The position numbers were made by a program, and so were the translations under genes. This document shows, piece after piece, positions 19,214 through 27,807 of a stretch of DNA of 64,000 nt. Source of the stretch: an uncultured delta proteobacterium (GTDB lineage Bacteria; Myxococcota; UBA727; VGSZ01); NCBI GenBank assembly GCA_963775425.1, contig CAVZJB010000003.1, positions 480,001 through 544,000 of the forward strand. Direction: 5' to 3'. The notes under the pieces are model-generated. The model did no database searches, was not told where the DNA came from, and was given only the letters and a program-made list of their open reading frames with translations. The number at the start of each line of letters is the position of its first letter. Positions within the stretch are counted from its first letter, which is position 1.

Positions 19214-21243
19214 GGCGAGCGCGCCTTCTCGAAGGCGAAGAGCGTGTCGACGGCGGCGAGGTAGCGCGGCACGGACTGCGGGCCGATGGAGTTGGTCTCC
19301 TCGTAGTGATCGCCCTCCGCCTCGTTGATGTACGGCGCGGTCTGATCGAGCTCGAAGTCGAACGGCGGCACGAGGTAGCCGATCTCGTCCTGGCACAGGC
19401 CCATGGGGAAGGCGAAGCGCGCGCCGAGCTTGTCCTTGAGGTCGGGCCCGTCGGGGGCCTTGGACATGTCGGGCGGGTTCGGGTTGTCCGGGTTGATGCG
19501 ATCGCGCCCGAACGAGTTCTCCGGCGCGTAGCCGACGAACGTCTCCGGGAAGAGCTCGCCGGGCGCCGTCACGATGCCGATGTCACCGACGTAGATCACG
19601 GCGGCTGCCGTCTTCAGGTGCGGGACGTTGTCGCCGCCGATGACCTGCTCGCGATCGAAGTCGAAGAGCTGGCGATCGAACCAGCCGTTGAACATGCCGA
19701 CCTGGAACGCGGCGTTGTCCACGGGCGCCTCGTACTCCTTGGTGGAGAAGCGCAGCGGCGTCGAGGCAAGCACCTCGCTTTGATCGAGCGCCTGGAACGC
19801 GAGCTCCGCGACGTTTTCGCCGAGGGCGTCGGTGCGCGCGAAGGTCTTCTTGTCGTGCGGGTACACCGTGCCGTCGCGGCCGGTGATCTCGAAGCTGTTC
19901 GCGCCCATGATCCCGCCCACGGCGCCCTGCAGATACACGGCGACGCCGCCGCGCGCCGGCCGCAGCGGCTTGTCCGCCGTTTGCGGCAAGCCGTTTTCGA
20001 GCGATTCGCGCAACGCGTAGATGTAGTCGGCGGAGATGAAGTTGTTGCGGGAGTCGAGGCTCTCGGGGTGGTTTGACCAGTTCACCGCGGTGGCGACGAC
20101 GTCGCCGGTGGCCTGATCCTCGAACGAGACGGCCGTCACCGCGTCATTCCAGATCTGCGGGTCCCGGCCGTCGCTGACGAGGCCGTCGATGCCGGGGTGC
20201 ACCTGACCGACGCGCACCTCGACGGGGACGATGTTGTCGAGCGCCTCGACCACGGCGTCGGCGCCGCGGTTCCTGATGTTGTCCATGTGCTCTTCGTTGC
20301 GGCCGGGCCCGTGCTGCAGCCCGATGTAGGGATCGATGTAGCCCCATTGGCCGAGCGTGTCCGGCGCCTCGTGCGTGTGCGTGGCCTGGATGAGCAGCGC
20401 GTCGATCGCGCCGGGCCGCAGCGCGTCGACCTTCTCCTTGATGCGGAGCTGCTCGTCGTAGAACACGCCGACGGCGTCGATGGTGAGGATGGCCACCGTG
20501 GAGTCCCCCTGCCGCAGGACGAGCGCCCGCACCGAGAGCGCGTCCTTCACGCCCATCGCAGGGCGGTTGTTGCCGTAGCCAGCGAGCCAAAGTCCCTGGA
20601 AGACGCCGTCGCGCTCGCTGCCGTCGGCGTCGGGGCCGGTGTAGCCGTCGTCGCCGGGGCAGACGCGATCGGTGCCGCAGTCGAAGAACCAGTCGTTGGG
20701 GTCGCCGTCGCGCTCGCTGCCGTCGGCGTCGGGCCCGACGTAATCCGCGTCCTCGGGGCAGACGCCGTCGCGGCCGCAGTCGAGCACGTGCTTGTCGTCG
20801 AGCTCGCCGCAGCGAAACGGCGTGCCCGGCGGCATCATCGCCTCCGACTCCGGCGCGCACGAGTCGGGCCTGTCGTTTCGCAGGTACGCGGGGTTCGCGA
20901 CCTCGTAGTGCACGGGCGTGATGTCGCGCTTGGCCGCGCCCACGAGGAGCTGGTCGTCGGCGAGCGTGGCGCTGCACGAAGGCCCGCCGGGACAGGCAAG
21001 ATCCGGCGCCTGCACCTCGGGCGCCGGCGGCGTGACGCCGATGTCGGGGGAGCGGCCGGCGCAGCCCGCGAGCGCGCCCACGGCGATGACGAGGAACGCG
21101 ACCACCACCGCGCACACCGCGATGCCCGCGGCGCCCACGACGACGTCGGCGAGCCGGGCGAGCACGCGCGCGCTCCCGACGAGCTGCGGACGAATCACGA
21201 CGCCGCCGCGCACGACGACGCCGTGCCCCCCGCGCGCGCTCAC
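19210..21243 (-). CDS. Neutral/alkaline ceramidase-like lipoprotein
   Basis: Lipobox LAGC; VGAAKRDITP, D.L.VRALVL, ATHTHEAPD, NWSNHPE, SADY, PGELFPE. Confidence 0.7.
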   Translation of the reverse strand: MSARGGHGVVVRGGVVIRPQLVGSARVLARLADVVVGAAGIAVCAVVVAFLVIAVGALAGCAGRSPDIGVTPPAPEVQAPDLACPGGPSCSATLADDQLLVGAAKRDITPVHYEVANPAYLRNDRPDSCAPESEAMMPPGTPFRCGELDDKHVLDCGRDGVCPEDADYVGPDADGSERDGDPNDWFFDCGTDRVCPGDDGYTGPDADGSERDGVFQGLWLAGYGNNRPAMGVKDALSVRALVLRQGDSTVAILTIDAVGVFYDEQLRIKEKVDALRPGAIDALLIQATHTHEAPDTLGQWGYIDPYIGLQHGPGRNEEHMDNIRNRGADAVVEALDNIVPVEVRVGQVHPGIDGLVSDGRDPQIWNDAVTAVSFEDQATGDVVATAVNWSNHPESLDSRNNFISADYIYALRESLENGLPQTADKPLRPARGGVAVYLQGAVGGIMGANSFEITGRDGTVYPHDKKTFARTDALGENVAELAFQALDQSEVLASTPLRFSTKEYEAPVDNAAFQVGMFNGWFDRQLFDFDREQVIGGDNVPHLKTAAAVIYVGDIGIVTAPGELFPETFVGYAPENSFGRDRINPDNPNPPDMSKAPDGPDLKDKLGARFAFPMGLCQDEIGYLVPPFDFELDQTAPYINEAEGDHYEETNSIGPQSVPRYLAAVDTLFAFEKARSP

Positions 21244-22286
21244 TGGATCACCGGGAGGTCACCGCGCAGGGTGACGATGGAGACCGAGTCCGGGTAGACG
21301 TGCACGGTGCGCGACGACAGGCCCACGCACTGGCAGTCCGCCGAGCCCGCGCACGTGGGATCGAGGATGCCGGCGCCGATGGTGTGGATGTCGTGGCCGG
21401 GGTCCGTGGTGGCGTTGATGATGACGTACAAGCCGTCGGTGTTGGTGGTGGTGCGATCGAGCAGGGGCAGGGGGTTGCTGTCGTCGCCGTTGAAGTAGGT
21501 GACCTTGGTCTGCGCGTCGAGCTGATCGGAGGTGACGCTGGCGCCCTGGATGATGACGTCGTCGCAGTCGTGGATCTCGCCGGCGATGACGCCGCGGCCG
21601 ACGCCGTCGCCGATGACCTCGCGCCCCTGGATGATGCGGCCGGCGAGCGTGGGGATGGACTCGTACGTGGAGTCGTAGATCAGGTTGGCCTCGTACGTGG
21701 CCGTGTTGGTGGCGGGGTCGAACGTGGCGTCGCCGCCGTAGTCGAGGACGGTGCCGAACGTGTACGTGTCGATGATGGTGTTGTCGGTGGGGTGGTAGAC
21801 CTTGATGGTGAGCGGCACGTGCAGCGGCACATCCTCGATCACGTACGCGCCCTTCTTCTCGCAGCCGAGGCTCAGGCAGGCCGCGCTGTCGGCGTCGGCG
21901 CCCTGGCAGTCGAGGCTCGACGCCTCCTGCTGCACGCCGATGGTGACCTCGCCGAAGGCCGGGGTGTCGTTCCGCGCGTCCTGATCGTCGGCGAAGACGG
22001 CGACCTTGATGCCGGGCTTGGCGGCGCCGCCGGTGCCGAACACCTGGATGCAGCCCTGCAGGCGCGCGGTGGCGGACTGCGACAGGACCTCGGGGTTGCC
22101 GATGCACCCGAGCGCCACGGGCTGGCCGTCCTTGCGCTGGGCGACGTCGTCGACGGCGGGCTTGGCGATGTCGAGTCCCTCGACGTTGCAGGTGGAGCCT
22201 CCCCCTCCCCCCGGCGGCGGTGGCGGCGGTGCCGACGGGCACGCGAGCAAAAAGAGGGGCAGGAACGCGACGACGACGGACTTCAT
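21240..22286 (-). CDS. Hypothetical lipoprotein
   Basis: Lipobox LLAC, Cys-rich, beta-rich C-terminal part (GEIHDC, TNTDGLY). Confidence 0.7.
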   Translation of the reverse strand: MKSVVVAFLPLFLLACPSAPPPPPPGGGGGSTCNVEGLDIAKPAVDDVAQRKDGQPVALGCIGNPEVLSQSATARLQGCIQVFGTGGAAKPGIKVAVFADDQDARNDTPAFGEVTIGVQQEASSLDCQGADADSAACLSLGCEKKGAYVIEDVPLHVPLTIKVYHPTDNTIIDTYTFGTVLDYGGDATFDPATNTATYEANLIYDSTYESIPTLAGRIIQGREVIGDGVGRGVIAGEIHDCDDVIIQGASVTSDQLDAQTKVTYFNGDDSNPLPLLDRTTTNTDGLYVIINATTDPGHDIHTIGAGILDPTCAGSADCQCVGLSSRTVHVYPDSVSIVTLRGDLPVIQ

Positions 22287-22571
22287 GCAACACCTCTACG
22301 ACGATATGTGGGACGTCATGGGGCCGCGCCGCCGCGGCTCTCGTTCGACACTGAAAACGGTGGCAATCCTCTATGGGCCGGATCCCGGCGGGTCAACGGA
22401 GGCGCACCGTCGCGGCGCGCAATTCGCGTGCGTTTCGCCCCGTCTCGCCGGACGCTTTGTCGTCGACGCTGTGCGTCGCGCGCCGCTGCCGTCGACCAGA
22501 CGCGACGGGATCGCCACGACGGCATTGCGAAGGGCGCTGCCCGCGCGCTACAAACCCGGCGCTTGCACCCC

Positions 22572-25001
22572 ATGAGGTCCCTGATGCGATTTTCTCTCGT
22601 CGTCCTCGCGGCGCTCGCCGCCGCCGTCTTCACCGCCTGTCCGCCGCCGGCGGACGGCAACACGCCGCCTCCGCAGGAGTGCCCCGCCAACAGCCGCACC
22701 TGCGACAGCGACCGCGTCTGCGCCGGCGGCTTCTGCGACAAGGACCACGACTCCGCCGACGGCACCACCGGTGACGGCATCGCCGCCGCCGACGACGACC
22801 TCGGCTGCTGCGTGATCCTGGTGTGCACCAAGAACGACGACTGCAAGGACGACGAGCGCTGCGACATCCGCCGCGGCATCTGCGTGCCCCTCGGCCTGTG
22901 CAATCCCGAGGTCCAGGGCGGCGGCGACTGCCTGCAGCGCGACGGCACCTCCGGCCCGTGCTGCTCGGGCGACAAGCCCTTCTGCGAGTACAGCGACGGC
23001 AACCCCACCTGCGTGGCCAGCCCGCCCGACGCCAGCAACTGCGTCGTCGCCGCCGGCGGCCGCCCGCTCGCCAGCGCGCCCGGCGACACCGAGGCCGCGC
23101 CCGGCGCCGTCTCCTCGGGCAGCGATCTCCAGCTCGAGGCCACCGGCACCGACGCCAACGGCAAGAACATCGCGCACAGCACCTTCACCTGGTCCGGTGA
23201 CGGCGTCGACGCCACCACCGGCGTGCTGAACAGCACCTGCGCCACGGGCGTCTGCCCCGTCACGGTCACCGCCACCTCCGTCAACGGTGGCGCCGCCTGC
23301 ACCGGCGTCGTGAACGTCTACGCGCCGCCCACGCTGTCCAACCGCATCGTGGTCCTCGATCTCGCCACCGGCGAGCCCGTCGCCAACGCCACCGCCGCGG
23401 CCACCATCGCGGGCACGCCCGTGAGCGGCACCACCGACGCAAACGGCGCGGCCGAGTTCGACGGCGTCGTCACCGCCATCTCGGCGTTCCCCGACGACTA
23501 CCAGTGGCAGACCATCGTGGACCCGCCCGCCGACGTCATCGTCTACACGGCGCACGTCCCCGACCAGACCAAGGTGGCCGGCATCTCGGGCACGTTCAAC
23601 TTCGACAACGTCCACACCACCGGCGACATCAAGCTCGGCCTCTCGGGCACGGCCATCTCGTCGGCCATCACGGACCTCAACTTCAACACGCTCATCGGCG
23701 AGATCGCCGACTACAACGTCGAGCTCGAGGGCATCACCGATCCGGGGGGCCAGCTCGTGCCGCTGCCGTCGGGCATCGTCATCGAGCTCGGCAGCACGCC
23801 CATCAAGGGTGACTTCGTCACCTTCGGCGACCCGGGCAGCAACATCGCCTGGGCCATCGGCGGCCAGGTCGCGCTGTCCGAGGTCGGGCCGATCATCTCC
23901 GGCGTCGCCGGCGGCGGCGACGTGAACGTCGGCAACATCCTCGGCGGCGTGCTGCCGTTCTTCGCGCGCTTCGACCACGCGTTGCAGACGGGCCTCACGC
24001 TCACCAACGAGACCCGCCCGCGCTGCGACAACGGCGGCTTCACCTGCTCGGGCACCGACACCTGCGACGCGGGCAAGGGCACCTGCGTCACCGCCAACGG
24101 CGACGACGTCCCGATCGACACCTCGGTCTGGGGCTTCCAGAACGTCGAGCTCAACCCCAATACGCTGCTGTCGCAGTCCGTCGACTACACCGTGCCGCGC
24201 CTGCCGTGCGCGCCCGGCCAGTTCTCCGGCGGCAACTGCACGCCGCCGGCCGAGGGCTCGGCGTTCCAGACGGGCGCCGTCCTTCTGTCGGGCGTCATCG
24301 TCCCCGGCACCGGCCTCGTCCCCCTCGGCCTCACCGCCGGCCTCGACGATCCCGATGACCAGGACGGCAACGACCAGGTCGACGGCCTCATCGACAGCGC
24401 GGACACCGTGAACGGCCCGGCCCACGGCCACGCCATCATCGACTACGCCCCGCCGCACGACGGCCTCGAGGGCAACACGCTCATCAGCGTGGCCATCGCG
24501 CTCGACCTGGGCTCCATCACCGGCGGCAGCGGCGGCCTCGGCGCCTCCATCGTCACCCACGTGACCAAGAAGTTCGAGGCGGCCAACACGTTCCCCGCCA
24601 ACGCCTTCCTCGAGTCGCAGGGCGGCGCGTTCACCCCGGACGACGGCACGGGCAACACCGGCCACTTCGCCATGGCCACCGTGGGCGACGGCGCGGACTT
24701 CTGGCGCGTGAACCTCGACAACGGCGGCGACGTGGAGTGGAACGTGTGGTTCTCGTCTCCCACCGAGACCTTCGACATCAAGGACTTCAACCCCGATCCG
24801 GCCGCTGCCGCTGCTCGCGCCACCCACGCCGACGTGCAGGCCTTCAAGCTCGGCGCCGGCTACGGCGACATCGGTCCGGAGCCGTCGACGTACGGCGACC
24901 TGTTCACGTTCAACGGCACCAACCTCGACAACCTGCTCTATTACCTGGGCGCGTGGTCGAGCCAGTCCTGCGACCAGGGCGCGGTCTGCTCCACGCCGTG
25001 A
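22572..25001 (+). CDS. Large Cys-rich lipoprotein with Ig/carboxypeptidase-regulatory-like domains
   Basis: Lipobox FTAC, Cys-rich repeats (CTKNDDC..DERC...C), TGEPVANA...TDANG motif. Confidence 0.75.
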   Translation: MRSLMRFSLVVLAALAAAVFTACPPPADGNTPPPQECPANSRTCDSDRVCAGGFCDKDHDSADGTTGDGIAAADDDLGCCVILVCTKNDDCKDDERCDIRRGICVPLGLCNPEVQGGGDCLQRDGTSGPCCSGDKPFCEYSDGNPTCVASPPDASNCVVAAGGRPLASAPGDTEAAPGAVSSGSDLQLEATGTDANGKNIAHSTFTWSGDGVDATTGVLNSTCATGVCPVTVTATSVNGGAACTGVVNVYAPPTLSNRIVVLDLATGEPVANATAAATIAGTPVSGTTDANGAAEFDGVVTAISAFPDDYQWQTIVDPPADVIVYTAHVPDQTKVAGISGTFNFDNVHTTGDIKLGLSGTAISSAITDLNFNTLIGEIADYNVELEGITDPGGQLVPLPSGIVIELGSTPIKGDFVTFGDPGSNIAWAIGGQVALSEVGPIISGVAGGGDVNVGNILGGVLPFFARFDHALQTGLTLTNETRPRCDNGGFTCSGTDTCDAGKGTCVTANGDDVPIDTSVWGFQNVELNPNTLLSQSVDYTVPRLPCAPGQFSGGNCTPPAEGSAFQTGAVLLSGVIVPGTGLVPLGLTAGLDDPDDQDGNDQVDGLIDSADTVNGPAHGHAIIDYAPPHDGLEGNTLISVAIALDLGSITGGSGGLGASIVTHVTKKFEAANTFPANAFLESQGGAFTPDDGTGNTGHFAMATVGDGADFWRVNLDNGGDVEWNVWFSSPTETFDIKDFNPDPAAAAARATHADVQAFKLGAGYGDIGPEPSTYGDLFTFNGTNLDNLLYYLGAWSSQSCDQGAVCSTP

Positions 25002-25023
25002 GCTGACCCCGACCTGCAGCCAA

Positions 25024-25056
25024 GAGCGCGCCTCCCTCGGGGGGCGCGCTTTTTTT
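25024..25056 (+). terminator. Intrinsic terminator
   Basis: agcgcgcctccc-tcgg-ggggcgcgct hairpin followed by T7. Confidence 0.8.
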
Positions 25057-25071
25057 GGTGGGCGCGCTTCG

Positions 25072-25158
25072 GGCGTTCCGCCGGTGGAACGCGTTCCGCC
25101 CGCCGATCCGCCGGGGTCGTGGGATTTCAGGCGCTTACCCCCTGGCACGGATCGCGGA
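25072..25158 (+). promoter_or_regulatory. Sigma-54-like promoter with upstream activator motif and IHF-like site
   Basis: GGCGTTCCGCCGGTGGAACGCGTTCCG (25072-98); TTTCAGGCGCTTA; TGGCACGGATCGCGGA (25143-58). Confidence 0.6.
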
Positions 25159-25192
25159 GTGCCCTCCGCGAACCCACACGCCGGAGCACGCC

Positions 25193-26110
25193 ATGAAGGC
25201 CGACAACAACACCGCCCTCGCCCCCGCCACCACCCGCTATCAGACCCAGGAGGTGAAGAACGACCGCCCCGCGGTCGAGCCCATGCCCGGGTCGCAGCGC
25301 ACGGTCGACAGCTACAAGCCCGCCGCCGTCCGCGCCCGCCTCTACGGCGCGACGCCGACGCCGCACGCGCCGGCCGGCCAGCCCGCGTGGTCCCTGGAAG
25401 CCGGCAAGCGCGCCGCCGTCGGCGGCCCCCGCATCGACCCCGCGCAGGTGAAGGCGTCGCTGAAGGAGGTGCGCGCCCACTACCAGGAGTGGAAGGCGAG
25501 CCACCCGGACGCGCCCGAGCCCACCGACGGCAAGTACACCATGGGCGACGTCGTGAACGGCAACATGCCGCAGGACGAGCAGTGCATGCGGCTGGTGTTG
25601 ATGCTCCTCAAGCAGAGCCCGTCCACCGTCGACGACCTCGTCGCCGCCGCCCCGTCCGCCGACCCGTCCTCCGCCGCGGCCTCCTCGGGCGCCGCCGACG
25701 CGCCCGCGCAGGACCCGACCCAGGCGACGGCGCCGGCGCAGCCGGCCGGAGACCCGCTCGGGGGCTTCATGCAGGCGCTCGGGCCGATGGCCCAGATGCT
25801 CGGACCGGTCGCCCAAATCCTCGGCGGCGTCCTGATGTCGCCCCTCGGGCCGATGATCATCGGCGCCGCCGCCTGCGCCATCCCGCCGCCGGTGGGCGAG
25901 GCCATCGCCCCGTTCGCCGCCACCATCGCCCCAATCGCCGGCGCGGCTTTGATGGGCCTCGGCGGCGTGGCGTCGAGCCAGGCGGCCGGCGCCCCCGCGG
26001 CCGGCGCTCCCGCGGCCGGCGCGCCCGCCGGCGGCGTCGACGTCAACGGCATCGCGAACGCCGCCACGGCGCTCGCCCCCGCGATCACAGCTGTCGCGGG
26101 CGCCCTGTGA
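25193..26110 (+). CDS. Hypothetical protein with long C-terminal Gly/Ala hydrophobic helices, no signal peptide
   Basis: ATG 25193 after GGAG; high GC3; LGPMAQMLGPVAQILGG...IAGAALMGLGGV. Confidence 0.75.
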   Translation: MKADNNTALAPATTRYQTQEVKNDRPAVEPMPGSQRTVDSYKPAAVRARLYGATPTPHAPAGQPAWSLEAGKRAAVGGPRIDPAQVKASLKEVRAHYQEWKASHPDAPEPTDGKYTMGDVVNGNMPQDEQCMRLVLMLLKQSPSTVDDLVAAAPSADPSSAAASSGAADAPAQDPTQATAPAQPAGDPLGGFMQALGPMAQMLGPVAQILGGVLMSPLGPMIIGAAACAIPPPVGEAIAPFAATIAPIAGAALMGLGGVASSQAAGAPAAGAPAAGAPAGGVDVNGIANAATALAPAITAVAGAL

Positions 26111-26137
26111 CGCGCTGACTTCGGGTGTGGCGCGAGC

Positions 26138-26175
26138 AACGACCGCGGCGGTCCTTCGGGGCCGCCGCGGTCGTT
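26138..26175 (+). terminator. Strong 17-bp hairpin with cUUCGg loop (terminator or mRNA stabiliser)
   Basis: aacgaccgcggcggtcc-ttcg-gggccgccgcggtcgtt. Confidence 0.65.
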
Positions 26176-26260
26176 TCCCCGTCAGCGCGCCACTGTCGCC
26201 GTCGGCCGGCGTCGCCGCGTGCGGGGGCGGACGCCCGCGCGAGGAGGGGCGGTTCGGGGA

Positions 26261-26344
26261 CGGAACGCGTTTCACGGTGGAACGCCGGGGCCTGGGCTGA
26301 ATTGCTGTGTTTTCAGGCAATTAGAACGTGGCACGCTTCTCGGA
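26261..26344 (+). promoter_or_regulatory. Sigma-54-like promoter with the same activator motif (inverted) and IHF-like site
   Basis: CGGAACGCGTTTCACGGTGGAACGCC (26261-86); TTTCAGGCAATTA; TGGCACGCTTCTCGGA (26329-44). Confidence 0.6.
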
Positions 26345-26399
26345 ATCTCCTCGGCACCAACCACAAACGGCCCTGCGGGCCACAGCGCGGAGAGACACC

Positions 26400-27614
26400 A
26401 TGGGCGACTTCTTCCAGAACCTCGGCAACGGCATGAGCAAGGTGGCCAACGGCGCGATGGACGCCGTGAACCAGATGGGCGCCCGCGCGGGCAACGAGCT
26501 CGGTGCGGACGTCAAGCAGATCGAGGACGGCTACAACAAGGACGGCATCATCGGCGGTGTCGGCGCCTTCTTCGACCAGAGCAGCGTCGGCCACCGCGCC
26601 GTGGAAGGCGCCGCCATCGTCGGCATCCAGATGGACGACGAGACCCGCCGCAACGTCGAGGGCGGCATCAACATCGTCGCCGGCGCGTCGATGGGCCTGG
26701 CCGGCATCCCGCTGCTGGCGGACGGCTTCGCCAAGATCGGCGAGGCCCCGAGCGCCGGCGGTCCCCCGTCCGCCGCCCACTCCACCGCGTCGCCGTCGGA
26801 GCACATGAGCAAGCACGACGCGTTCAAGCGGGCGCAGCACGAGGCGCAGCGCCAGGCCGCCATCGACGCCGCCAAGCACAAGGCCCACGACCGGACCATC
26901 TACAACGAGGGCTACCAGCGCGGGGTGCGCGACGCGGGTCCCCGCATGCACACGATGCCGTATCACCCCGGCAAGACGGGCTTCGTGGGTGGCGCGGCCC
27001 CGTCCCCTGCGCCCGACGCGGGCGACACCGGCGCGACGAGCGGCGCCGAGCGTGACGGGTACGCGTCGCAGACCACGAACAACTACTACTTCTACGGCGA
27101 CGTCGTCGGCGGCGACTACGGCAGCGTGCTCGACGACCTCCACAAGAAGTTCGGCGACGACAAGATCGGCCAGGCCAAGAGCAAGCTTCAGGACATCATG
27201 AACGACCCGAGCCTGTCCTTCGAGGACAAGATCTTCGAGCTCATGCTCGCGCTGATGCAGGACGGCCAGGACGACGTCAAGAAGCTCAGCGACGACCTCG
27301 ACGCCGACGACACGACCACGAAGGAGCAGCGCGGGCAGCTCGACGACAAGATCAACGCGAAGCGCAAGGAGCTCGAGACCGAGCTCGGCGCGAAGTCGCC
27401 CGACGAGCACAAGATCCAGTCGCTCAACACCGAGATCCAGAGCCTCACCGACGCCCGCAACGAGTTCGTGTCCGACAAGGCCGAGTCGCGCCAGAAGACG
27501 GCCGAGAAGATGAAGAACGCCCTCGAGAAGCTGAGCGAGATGCAGCAGGCGCTCTCGAACGTCCTGAACGCGATGCATGAAAACGCGATGTCGGCCATCC
27601 GCAACATCAAGTGA
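26400..27614 (+). CDS. Hypothetical coiled-coil protein with T3SS needle/rod-like C-terminal motif
   Basis: ATG 26400 after GGAGAG; ends LSEMQQALSNVLNAMHENAMSAIRNIK. Confidence 0.8.
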   Translation: MGDFFQNLGNGMSKVANGAMDAVNQMGARAGNELGADVKQIEDGYNKDGIIGGVGAFFDQSSVGHRAVEGAAIVGIQMDDETRRNVEGGINIVAGASMGLAGIPLLADGFAKIGEAPSAGGPPSAAHSTASPSEHMSKHDAFKRAQHEAQRQAAIDAAKHKAHDRTIYNEGYQRGVRDAGPRMHTMPYHPGKTGFVGGAAPSPAPDAGDTGATSGAERDGYASQTTNNYYFYGDVVGGDYGSVLDDLHKKFGDDKIGQAKSKLQDIMNDPSLSFEDKIFELMLALMQDGQDDVKKLSDDLDADDTTTKEQRGQLDDKINAKRKELETELGAKSPDEHKIQSLNTEIQSLTDARNEFVSDKAESRQKTAEKMKNALEKLSEMQQALSNVLNAMHENAMSAIRNIK

Positions 27615-27682
27615 CCTTCGCTCCGGTGGTTGGCGGTGACGGCGGGCGGGCCCCCTCGGGCTCGGCCGCCGCCGCCGTTTCA

Positions 27683-27757
27683 GCGTTCCCGGCTGAAACG
27701 CGGCGCGCGCGCGCCGGTGGCGTCCGGACGCGGGGGATCGCTGGCACCGTCCGTGGA
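27683..27757 (+). promoter_or_regulatory. Third copy of activator motif plus sigma-54-like box
   Basis: GCGTTCCCGGCTGAAACGCG (27683-702); TGGCACCGTCCGTGGA (27742-57). Confidence 0.5.
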
Positions 27758-27807
27758 TTCACAGGGGTTGTCCGATTTCCGCCACCGCCAAAGCCCCGGA
27801 GAGCCCC

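Noticed and set aside
27676-27700. cgtttcagc/gctgaaacg treated only as a terminator
   Set aside because: No U-tract and it overlaps the shared activator motif; dual role possible but unsupported
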